This document shows, in pieces, positions 8,741 to 15,985 of a stretch of DNA of 24,000 nt; position 1 is the stretch's first letter; every line of letters begins with the position of its first letter. The stretch is from Bacillus bruguierae (GTDB lineage Bacteria > Bacillota > Bacilli > Bacillales > Bacillaceae_G): contig NZ_JBAWSX010000014.1 in assembly GCF_037104725.1 (NCBI RefSeq), forward strand, positions 1 to 24,000. Direction: 5' to 3'. The notes beneath the pieces are model-generated. The model searched no databases, was not told the DNA's origin, and saw nothing but the letters and a program-made list of their open reading frames with translations. A program made the translations under genes and the position numbers.

Positions 8741-9382
8741 TTACACTTCCATCACATAATCATCTACTATTTTTAAGTAGAATTTATCACCAATTTCTAC
8801 TATGGAGTTCCACTCGTATAAGTTTCCTAAAAAGTCAATAAAAATAGTAATATTCTTTGAACCTTCTTCTCCAATTCTTTGTAAATTTATACTTTCGTTA
8901 CTAATCATATTATTAATGCGTTCTGCTAATTCAGCTTCATCTTCTGAAAAAGCAATTATACTATTTATAATATCATTAAATTCTAAATACCCTGTTATGC
9001 CAAATCCACATTTAAAGTTGTTTAATAGTATGTTGCAAAGGTCTTGTTTATTCACTTGTTGTATATTTTTCAATAACTCTCTATCAACATAGCTAATTTC
9101 AACAAGTTCTTCGTACTCCTCCTCATCAAACACTAAAGGAATGTACATATAATCATCTTTCAATAAGTACTCTTTCGTTGGTACTGTGATAATAATGTCA
9201 CCTGCTTTTTTTATCTCAGAATGATAATACAAATCTGTTCCATAATTTAATTTCAATTCTAACCTATCATTAGCATAAGATATAAGTCCTATTAAACTAC
9301 CATTATGAAAAGTTGTATCACTTTTTTTCATTTCTAACCAGTCCTTATAATCCCCAGTTACTTTGTAAATATATTTATCCAT
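8741..9382 (-). CDS. Hypothetical 213-aa acidic protein (candidate immunity protein, no family recognised)
   Basis: Start moved to the ATG at 9382 (MDKYIYKV), preceded by AAGGAGA. The track ORF's 25 extra N-terminal codons lack an RBS. Confidence 0.7.
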   Translation of the reverse strand: MDKYIYKVTGDYKDWLEMKKSDTTFHNGSLIGLISYANDRLELKLNYGTDLYYHSEIKKAGDIIITVPTKEYLLKDDYMYIPLVFDEEEYEELVEISYVDRELLKNIQQVNKQDLCNILLNNFKCGFGITGYLEFNDIINSIIAFSEDEAELAERINNMISNESINLQRIGEEGSKNITIFIDFLGNLYEWNSIVEIGDKFYLKIVDDYVMEV

Positions 9383-9537
9383 AAACTTTCTCCTTATTTT
9401 AATGCTGGTATATCTGCCAAAGACGGTAATCCATTTACATTTGAAAACCTTTCCCAATCAGATGCAGGTATAAATGTCCTATGAATTATCATATCAGCTT
9501 TTGTATATATAACTGACTTGTCTTTTCGACATGTGGC

Positions 9538-10065
9538 TTAATGCAACCCAAGCCGACGAAGCACGGCTTGGGGAGTGATAGCGATGTCTGATAAAAAGCC
9601 TTGTACCGCCTCTTTTATGGATGCTTGTGTCGGATGAAATCGGTTGGCAATAACCTGTTGTTTTAACCATTTCCACAGTCTTTCAATTGGGTTCAGATTC
9701 GGTAAATATGGAGGAAGGTATACCAACATCAGCCGCTCTTTCTGTTCATGCAAGAAGTTTTGTACAGATTTGCTTTTATGAATGCGAGCGTTGTCTGTAA
9801 CCATGACCACAAACTTATCTTTATATTGCTTTAGCACATAGAAGAGGAATGACAAAAAGTCTTCCTGTTTACAGGAAGACGCCGTCTGGTGTACTACTTC
9901 TCCTGTTTGGGCGTTTACTGTTCCAAAAACGGTTACGCTAGCATGATGACCATAAGTTGGAATCTGTTTTTGCGATCCTCGTTGTGACCAAGTAGCGTGT
10001 AGACTTTGATACGCTCGCACATGCGTCTCGTCTTGATAGAGAAGAACCATATCTTCGGTCAGCAA
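9538..10065 (-). CDS. IS630-family transposase, DDE catalytic part (orfB)
   Basis: 'LYQDETHV', 'VVMVTDNARIHKS' and 'LPPYLPNLNPIERLWKWLK' are DDE motifs of IS630/Tc1-mariner transposases. Overlaps orfA by 7 nt at the A8 run (frameshift or a broken gene). Confidence 0.9.
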   Translation of the reverse strand: MLTEDMVLLYQDETHVRAYQSLHATWSQRGSQKQIPTYGHHASVTVFGTVNAQTGEVVHQTASSCKQEDFLSFLFYVLKQYKDKFVVMVTDNARIHKSKSVQNFLHEQKERLMLVYLPPYLPNLNPIERLWKWLKQQVIANRFHPTQASIKEAVQGFLSDIAITPQAVLRRLGLH

Positions 10066-10595
10066 TTTTTTTTAATCAAAGTAATTTGATGTCGGAACAT
10101 ACGCTGTTTTTTGGGATCTGCCCTCTTGAGTGTGTAGGTCGGACGGGTATAACTTAACTTCAACCGCCAAAGCATGCGTAAAACACCTGTATTCGACATT
10201 TCTATATCATACGTACGACGCAAATATTCCTGAATGACTGGTGTAGTCCAGGACACAGCGCTTCCCAAGCCTTGATCCGTCGGTGTGCTCGTTAGAATGA
10301 TTTCTTTGAGCGCCTGTTGTTGGTCGTCCGTTAGAAAACATGCGCGTCCCGGTGCCATTTTACGCTCGAGAAGGAGGTCCATGCCACCTTCATTAAACCG
10401 TTTTACGTATTCGGAAACAGACTGGCGATGGATCCCACAAATCTCGGCTGCTTCTTTGCCCAATTTCCCTTGCATGACGAGACGCACAGCCATAATACGT
10501 GTGCGAAAAAATGCATTGCTTTCCTGTTTTTCTTGTATCCGCAAGTCAGTAATCGTAAGGTCATGTGTATTTGTAATCTTCAAACGCTTCATCAT
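10059..10595 (-). CDS. IS630-family transposase, N-terminal HTH part (orfA)
   Basis: 'RTRIMAVRLVMQGKLGKEAAEICGIHRQSVSEYVKRFNEGG' is a winged-helix/HTH region typical of IS630/Tc1. Ends at the slippery TTAAAAAAAATTG. Confidence 0.9.
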   Translation of the reverse strand: MMKRLKITNTHDLTITDLRIQEKQESNAFFRTRIMAVRLVMQGKLGKEAAEICGIHRQSVSEYVKRFNEGGMDLLLERKMAPGRACFLTDDQQQALKEIILTSTPTDQGLGSAVSWTTPVIQEYLRRTYDIEMSNTGVLRMLWRLKLSYTRPTYTLKRADPKKQRMFRHQITLIKKNC

Positions 10596-10678
10596 AATCC
10601 GCTCCTTTTTCTTGTCCTTGGAACCAGTATGGACAAGATTTTGAGAGAATAAGCACAGAAGATGAAGAAACTAGTCAG

Positions 10679-11017
10679 TTATATATAGTTTGAAATATAT
10701 CCAGACACTTCACTTATTTCTTCTTTTAAAGCTTTTAATTCATCTTCGTTTAAATTATACTTTGATAAATCTAACATATTAAAACTTTCAATCTTCTTTT
10801 TCAAAACTTGTTTAAAATCATCACCTAATGGTTTTCCATATCTAGCAAATCTAGTAGCAATTGTTATAGGCATCACTATTTCATCAAGCTCATTCTGTGG
10901 TTGGTCATAATATATACATTGTGATGCTGCAACATCATAAGTACTTCCTTGTTCTATCCACATGTAAAAAGATTCCAAAGTTCTAAACTTACTTTCATAA
11001 AAATTGTATTTGTTCAT
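10679..11017 (-). CDS. Helical immunity protein (112 aa) for deaminase-like tip C
   Basis: ATG at 11017 with GAAGG upstream, 46 nt after the toxin stop. The last codon and the stop (ATA TAA) are supplied by the IS630 end. Confidence 0.75.
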   Translation of the reverse strand: MNKYNFYESKFRTLESFYMWIEQGSTYDVAASQCIYYDQPQNELDEIVMPITIATRFARYGKPLGDDFKQVLKKKIESFNMLDLSKYNLNEDELKALKEEISEVSGYISNYI

Positions 11018-11066
11018 CAAATATAACCTTCTTTCTATTTTTTTATCTTATATATTACTTCAATAT

Positions 11067-11786
11067 CTATGTTGTGATATAATTTTTAAATTGTTCTATT
11101 ATATCTAAACAACTTGGGCAACATTCCAATTCAGTAAACAATTTAATTTTCCCTGCTGTACTATACTCGGTTCCCAATTTATTTTGTATTTCTGAAAGTA
11201 TTTTAAATTCAGTATCAACATCCCTTAACCATGCTCCAGCTCCATCTACTACATTGTTTCCATCAACTTTTATTGCCTTTAATAAAGTTGAATCTGGTTT
11301 TATTAAAATGCCAGTTCCCTTAATACTCTCTATCTCTGCCTGTATTGCACTATGTGCAAAATATTCATTTTTAGTTATACCCTCTATAGTTACTTCAGCA
11401 CATTCAAAATTACCTTTTCCTATAGCCCATTGTGGCAATTTATTTTTATGTTTATTGATTATATTTAAGAAATTAGAATTTACCACTTCATCAAGTAATC
11501 TTATAGTAGTTTTAGCTTCTGCCACTCCCTTAGCAAGCGAAGCCTCAAGCCCTTGAATCTTACCATCCATAAACTTAGTACTCTCTGCATGATGCGTATT
11601 GACCCACTCAGTAATCTTTCCTGAGCCACCTTGTTCCCCTATCAACACACTGTCTCCAGCTGGTTTAGGCCCCTTGAAGAAGGCAAGTGTATTATCCATC
11701 CCTTGGGCCATTTTTCTGCCAAACTGATACATTTTTTCATTTCTGGATTTTCCTGTTTTTAATCCGTAAAATTCGAAATAATCTAA
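11067..11786 (-). CDS. Orphan toxin: TG-junction remnant + G-L-E-A-S-L-A block + deaminase-like tip (paralog C)
   Basis: The frame is open from 11786 (LDYFEFYGLKTGKSRNEKMYQFGRKM...), so it begins inside a pre-toxin region without an RBS. 'IQGLEASLAKG', then 'CAEVTIEGITKNEYFAHS...RDVDTEFKILSEI...KIKLFTELECCPSCLDII'. Confidence 0.75.
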   Translation of the reverse strand, partial: LDYFEFYGLKTGKSRNEKMYQFGRKMAQGMDNTLAFFKGPKPAGDSVLIGEQGGSGKITEWVNTHHAESTKFMDGKIQGLEASLAKGVAEAKTTIRLLDEVVNSNFLNIINKHKNKLPQWAIGKGNFECAEVTIEGITKNEYFAHSAIQAEIESIKGTGILIKPDSTLLKAIKVDGNNVVDGAGAWLRDVDTEFKILSEIQNKLGTEYSTAGKIKLFTELECCPSCLDIIEQFKNYITT

Positions 11787-11831
11787 TTATTATTTTACCT
11801 ACTTGAATGTTTTATCTAAACTATTTTTACA

Positions 11832-11919
11832 CTAAAACAAAAGGGGCTGTTCCATAAGCGAGTAAAACCAACTTATGGAACAGCCCTTTTATTTTGAATA
11901 CCTATTAATCACGTAATTT
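11832..11919. repeat. Partial third copy of the junction module
   Basis: Terminator hairpin plus 'TTAATCACGTAATTT', which equals the last 5 codons and stop of a SUKH-1 gene; the rest of that gene is missing. A further spacer scrap (TAATTTTCTTTCTCTAAAACA) lies at 12075-12097. Confidence 0.7.
11844..11886 (-). terminator. Terminator hairpin, copy 2 of 3
   Basis: Perfect 15-bp stem GGGCTGTTCCATAAG/CTTATGGAACAGCCC, flanked by an A-run and a T-run. Confidence 0.8.
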
Positions 11920-12096
11920 TTTTAGTTCGTATTTTACTGATTGTATTTTAAGCACCTGCTAATTGGATCGTAAACTATAATCCTGAGATCTAATTTATTT
12001 GGGACATTTATCTAGAAAATACACAAAAAATATTTGCGAACTCGTTTTATCCATTGGTAGACATTGCTATACGCGTAATTTTCTTTCTCTAAAACA

Positions 12097-12546
12097 CTAG
12101 CTTTTATTCTGTGCTTTAATTATTTCCATACCCTTCATAAATTTCTTAATAGAATCCTCATTCTTCATTAATCCACTTAAGTATAACAATGCATCAAATT
12201 CTTCAGGGTCTGCATCATAATATATCATTCCCGGATCAATAAAAGGTTCATAAACTATATTACATATATTTTGTCCCCCCATTTGTACACTAAAACATCT
12301 TTCCAATTTGGAAATATAACTATTTGTACAAATTAGATCGTCTACAGATGTTTCAAATGATTGTCCATTGTAGAAAAAAAATAGTTTGTTATCTTTAACA
12401 TAAATACCAACTACCTGTCCATCTTCGCTAAATCCTCCCACGCCTTGTCTAACTAACTGTACTTTATTTTTTTCAACTATTGAATATCCACTAGGTTCTA
12501 ATATAATATATGTGTCAATCTTAGGGTAATTATTCAGTATTATCAT
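12097..12546 (-). CDS. Hypothetical 149-aa protein, immunity-type position
   Basis: Strong RBS AGGAGGGGGAG 4 nt before the ATG. The RBS overlaps the stop of the small degenerate upstream ORF. No family recognised. Confidence 0.75.
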   Translation of the reverse strand: MIILNNYPKIDTYIILEPSGYSIVEKNKVQLVRQGVGGFSEDGQVVGIYVKDNKLFFFYNGQSFETSVDDLICTNSYISKLERCFSVQMGGQNICNIVYEPFIDPGMIYYDADPEEFDALLYLSGLMKNEDSIKKFMKGMEIIKAQNKS

Positions 12547-12558
12547 AAGCTCCCCCTC

Positions 12559-12823
12559 CTAATGCACTAATCCTAATAGTGTATTTATTACGTCATCTTT
12601 TTGCATTGATTTTTCAATTATAATTTTCCATACTTGTTCATCTGATTCATAAATTCCTTTATTAATGTATGAATCTTTTATCTTATTAAACATACTCTCA
12701 GCTGTTATTCCAATTAGATTACAGTATTTTTTAATATTTCTTTCCTCTAAACAAGCTATCCCCCAGCAGTCATATTTCCCCTTGCTTCAATTTTTTGCTG
12801 TAATAATTTTTTATAATTTGCAA
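12559..12823 (-). pseudogene. Duplicate of the small ORF 5-268, inactivated
   Basis: Relative to copy 1, a TGT codon is TGA and a 1-nt insertion lies near the 5' end. Only 44 codons remain open. Confidence 0.45.
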
Positions 12824-12825
12824 GA

Positions 12826-12860
12826 AAAAAGCACTTCTAGATTTATTAAGAAGTGCTTTT
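12826..12860 (-). terminator. Terminator after gene 12869-13255 (duplicate of 271-305)
   Basis: Same AGCACTTCT/AGAAGTGCT stem plus T-run. Confidence 0.7.
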
Positions 12861-12868
12861 ACTATTAC

Positions 12869-13255
12869 TTATTTAATATTATATTGCTCTTTAATTTTCA
12901 TCAACAACTCTTCAGTAATCTCTTTCTTTTCAGGATTTTTCCCTATATAAAATTCACATGCAGCACTTAAATATTGGTACAATTGATCATAATTCACAAT
13001 ATCGTAGTCATTATCACCATCGCCAGAATAAAATAAAACTTTATTTTGTCCAAAATACTCCTCATCATCTTGTTCATATTCACCTGAATAAATTACTCCA
13101 TTATATTCCCAACGCTCTCCCTCTTTACTTTTAAAACCTTCTAAGTGTTGTAGAAAGTTACGTCCATTTACATATATATTCAAAACATCAATAACTGCCT
13201 CTTTATTCAAATTTCTCTGTTTCATTATCTCAATAAATTCTTCATATACGTTCAT
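12869..13255 (-). CDS. Toxin-less immunity-type protein, 128 aa; paralog of 314-712
   Basis: RBS GGGTGGA. The N-terminal ~95 aa are diverged from the 132-aa paralog; the C-terminal ~30 aa are near-identical because they lie inside the 408-bp repeat. Confidence 0.7.
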   Translation of the reverse strand: MNVYEEFIEIMKQRNLNKEAVIDVLNIYVNGRNFLQHLEGFKSKEGERWEYNGVIYSGEYEQDDEEYFGQNKVLFYSGDGDNDYDIVNYDQLYQYLSAACEFYIGKNPEKKEITEELLMKIKEQYNIK

Positions 13256-13328
13256 ATTAATCCACCCAGTCTAATACTAGATAAGCATTCTCTATCTCTC
13301 TAGTTTCTGAATTTATCTTAGTTTTAAG

Positions 13329-13385
13329 GTGTAAAATATACTGTGTAAAGTTTAAGAAACGAAGCTTATGCAGTATATTTTACAC
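13329..13385 (-). terminator. Long hairpin downstream of 13442-13792 (terminator candidate)
   Basis: 15-bp perfect stem GTGTAAAATATACTG/CAGTATATTTTACAC with a ~27-nt loop. No clean T-run. Confidence 0.35.
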
Positions 13386-13441
13386 GCCCATTATATGACT
13401 GTTTTTTTATTTAACCTGTTCTGTTTCGTGTCATAAGACTA

Positions 13442-13792
13442 TTAATCATATAGACGTTTCTCTTCAATTTCATGTAAAATTTTCCCGATTCGAGAAAATA
13501 ATCCTACATATTGGTCGCGAGTTAACTCTTGTTGAATTAAATCTGAGTTTAGATGCTTGAGTGTTTCGACTAAGTTATTCTTTGAATTTCTATAGATCTT
13601 TGGCAATGATATTAGAAGTTCTCCGTAAGCAGTATAGACAATTGCCTTTTTGGATTCTGATTGGTTTAAAACTGTCTCATATTCTCCGAAAGTTCTTTCT
13701 ATCGCTTCTTCACTATCTATCTTTTCATCTTCTTTAAAATCATTATACGTTTCATTAAAATACTCAAATATTTCTTCATATGTTAATGCCAT
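13442..13792 (-). CDS. Helical immunity protein (116 aa) for deaminase-like tip B
   Basis: RBS AGGAGGG, 20 nt after the toxin stop. 'SEEAIERTFGEYE...KKAIVYTAYGELL' is homologous to both halves of 5143-5829. Confidence 0.8.
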   Translation of the reverse strand: MALTYEEIFEYFNETYNDFKEDEKIDSEEAIERTFGEYETVLNQSESKKAIVYTAYGELLISLPKIYRNSKNNLVETLKHLNSDLIQQELTRDQYVGLFSRIGKILHEIEEKRLYD

Positions 13793-13812
13793 TGATAATT
13801 CCCTCCTATTGT

Positions 13813-14373
13813 TTATGGTGATATCATATTACCATTATTGTGAACCACTTTGATTTCTATTTTGGGGTACTTTATTTTAAAGTGATTTATAACTCCATTA
13901 CAACTTGAGCATGTATCTTTTTCAGTAAACAGTTTAATCCTTCCTTGGGCATTCACATTATCACCTAATTGATTTGCAATGTCATTGAGTATTTTATACT
14001 CAGTATCAGCATCTCTTAAATATGGTTTCCCTCCATTTGAGTTAGGTGCTTCTGTAGCCTTAAATATCGGATTTTCCGGTTTAAAAGAAAAGTTTTCGGT
14101 TCCTGGAATTTTCTTTGCGGGATCATGTATTCCACTGTGCGAATAAAATTCCGACTTATTTATTCCAATAACATCAACTTCTGCATATGCAAAATTACCA
14201 GTTTCTTTAAATCTATTAGATAGACCACCTCTAGCTTCAGAAACTTTATCAAGTATATGCCCTTCTGTTTCTGGATTTACAATACGCGTTGGAAATCTAG
14301 CCCCACTACCACCCGTGGGGCGGATCTTGAACATGCAAAAAAATAAAAAACTGGGATTTTGAGCACGTAACAA
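13813..14373 (-). CDS. Orphan deaminase-like toxin tip (paralog B), 5'-truncated
   Basis: 'GGSGARFPTR...YAEVDVIGINKSEFYSHS...LRDADTEYKILNDIA...[18 protein letters not shown]', closest to paralog A. The first ~17 codons (MLRAQNPSFLFFCMFKI) come from the GC-rich scar and are not homologous. Confidence 0.7.
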   Translation of the reverse strand: MLRAQNPSFLFFCMFKIRPTGGSGARFPTRIVNPETEGHILDKVSEARGGLSNRFKETGNFAYAEVDVIGINKSEFYSHSGIHDPAKKIPGTENFSFKPENPIFKATEAPNSNGGKPYLRDADTEYKILNDIANQLGDNVNAQGRIKLFTEKDTCSSCNGVINHFKIKYPKIEIKVVHNNGNMISP

Positions 14374-14539
14374 CTGCCAGTAACCACTTGATCTCGCCCG
14401 TTACTTAGGAAGAGCTATCCGCCCTTCGGTTGTTAGGAAATACTTAGCTTCTCCACATCGTCAATCAGCGCTTTCCATGGCTCCCACATCAGCCATCTAG
14501 ATTTATTGGAATCTCGACCATCTCGGTTCGTCACTCGCA

Positions 14540-14675
14540 CATAATTATTCAAAATCTTACAAATAAACTTAATCGAGATAATTTCAGCGAGAAGGAAATT
14601 CGCCAAATTGCTAATTTTCTAAACTGTGATTTTGATGCTGTTTTTACACCTAAAGATAGTGGAGAAAAAATCTAA
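14540..14675 (+). pseudogene. 3' fragment of an XRE/HTH-type regulator gene
   Basis: 'IQNLTNKLNRDNFSEKEIRQIANFLNCDFDAVFTPKDSGEKI*' resembles the C-terminal part of small phage/XRE-like regulators. There is no start and the upstream part is replaced by unrelated sequence. Confidence 0.35.
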
Positions 14676-14806
14676 TATTAATTATAAAAGTGAGAATAAA
14701 AATAGACTGTGTCCGCTACATATCTGTAACTTACACAGTCTATCTTACACCCTCAAGAAAACACGAAAATTGTTACACATCCTTATTAGTCAATTCGATT
14801 TTTTGT

Positions 14807-15205
14807 TTAAAAATCAGATGGTAAACTCAAAATGTATTCAATCCTGCCTGTATTTTCTGTTTCTATTATGTCATAACCTCCTTTTTTTAACATTTCTTTG
14901 CACAATTCTATATCACTGCAAAGCTGATCTATATCTTTTTGATCCCTGCTATCTTCAAAATCTTCAATATTAAAGTATCCTTCCAGCCTATTGAAAATAA
15001 AATCGGCAATTTGTTTCGACTTAAGGCCCTCTAATGCAATGGATACAAAATATAAAGATTTAGTAAATGGACTATAATTCAAACGTCTCGCTTCTTCTTC
15101 TAAAATTTTTGCTGAAGCTTGTGCAACAGTTAAACCTTCCTCATCAATATACTCTTCAAATCCATATGCCACTGAGTTTTTTATTCTTTCATAACTATTT
15201 ATCAT
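14807..15205 (-). CDS. Helical immunity protein (132 aa) for deaminase-like tip D
   Basis: RBS AAGGAG, 13 nt after the toxin stop. Acidic helical protein ('LTVAQASAKILEEEARRL...SLYFVSIALEGL') with the same architecture as the other three. Confidence 0.8.
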   Translation of the reverse strand: MINSYERIKNSVAYGFEEYIDEEGLTVAQASAKILEEEARRLNYSPFTKSLYFVSIALEGLKSKQIADFIFNRLEGYFNIEDFEDSRDQKDIDQLCSDIELCKEMLKKGGYDIIETENTGRIEYILSLPSDF

Positions 15206-15218
15206 ACTATCAACTCCT

Positions 15219-15590
15219 TTATTTCATGCTATTTGTATAAATATCCAACTTAACATTTAGTAATTTTTCCCTGAATTCAAAAATTAAATTTGTACGGCTT
15301 TGACATACGTCAAAATCTGAAAATAGATGTATTTCCCCTATAATATTTGGATCTTTTATTTGTGAAGCTATATCTTCAAGAATCTTTGCTTCAGTATCAT
15401 TATATCGAGGAAATTTGTCATCTACATACGATTCAAGTGATTTAGTATCTTTGGAATGTGTAAAATCTCCGAAACTATCACCAAAGCTATCAGCAGAATG
15501 AACCTGACTATGCGCTTGATAATTAGTTTTTACACCAGGAATATTTACATCTGCCGTATGTTTGCTAACCATCATGAGTATTTGATTCAA
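15219..15590 (-). pseudogene. Truncated, probably inactive deaminase-like tip (paralog D)
   Basis: TTG start with no RBS. 'TADVNIPGVKTNYQAHS...RYNDTEAKILEDIA...IHLFSDFDVCQSRTNLI'. The second Cys of CxxC is Arg (CGT codon at 15294-15296). Confidence 0.6.
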
Positions 15591-15629
15591 AACTCATATT
15601 GCTTTTCACCCTAAATATCTAAAAGTAAA

Positions 15630-15659
15630 AACCTTGAAAGGCAAAAGCCAATCAAGGTT
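15630..15659 (-). terminator. Terminator after gene 15728-15979
   Basis: Stem AACCTTGA/TCAAGGTT with a 14-nt loop. On the minus strand it is followed by TTTTTACTTTT. Confidence 0.6.
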
Positions 15660-15727
15660 CTTATATTGTGCTATATTTCTTGCATACCTATATCTAATAA
15701 AAAATTTATAAAATCATAAGCAAGCTA

Positions 15728-15979
15728 TCAAGGTTCAATAGTTGTTCGATCAACAAAATTTTGATTCTCTTTAATAATCATTCTCGAAAGTCGTCTTCCT
15801 GCTCTCTTAAAAAAGAATTCATCAGCGAACTCTTGTGAATCAATTTGCGATAGCTGGTTGATAACTCCATTTTTTTTATCATATTCAATTCGTCCCATTA
15901 AATCTTCATTCGGTCCATATTGATATACTACCCTCTCTTCATCCTCAAACTCCTTCAACATTAAAACAAAAACTGCCAT
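15728..15979 (-). CDS. 83-aa immunity protein for the unknown toxin tip
   Basis: The RBS GAGGAGTG overlaps the toxin stop codon; the ATG is 6 nt after the stop. Small protein ('FEDEERVVYQYGPNEDLMGRIEYDKKNG') typical of compact immunity proteins. Confidence 0.75.
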   Translation of the reverse strand: MAVFVLMLKEFEDEERVVYQYGPNEDLMGRIEYDKKNGVINQLSQIDSQEFADEFFFKRAGRRLSRMIIKENQNFVDRTTIEP

Positions 15980-15985
15980 GAATCT

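Larger units (their letters stand above)
9504..10687 (-). mobile_element. Intact IS630-family insertion sequence (~1.18 kb) with TA-type target ends
   Basis: Imperfect terminal IRs TATAACTGACTTGTCTTTTC (left) and TATAACTGACTAGTTTCTTC (revcomp of right), embedded in TATATA. Two overlapping transposase ORFs joined at an A8 run. Confidence 0.9.
12555..12963. repeat. Copy 2 of the ~408-bp direct repeat (partner 1-408)
   Basis: See 1-408; the offset is 12554 nt. Confidence 0.9.

Noticed and set aside
9494-9676. 60-aa minus-strand ORF overlapping the 3' end of the IS630 transposase
   Set aside because: It is an alternative frame inside the transposase orfB and terminal IR, with no independent signals.
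14340-14545. The minus-strand reading of the GC-rich patch starts with GTGCGAGTGACG, reminiscent of the GUGYG 5' end of group II introns
   Set aside because: Only ~200 nt, with no recognisable domain V/VI or intron-encoded protein. The pentamer alone is not evidence.
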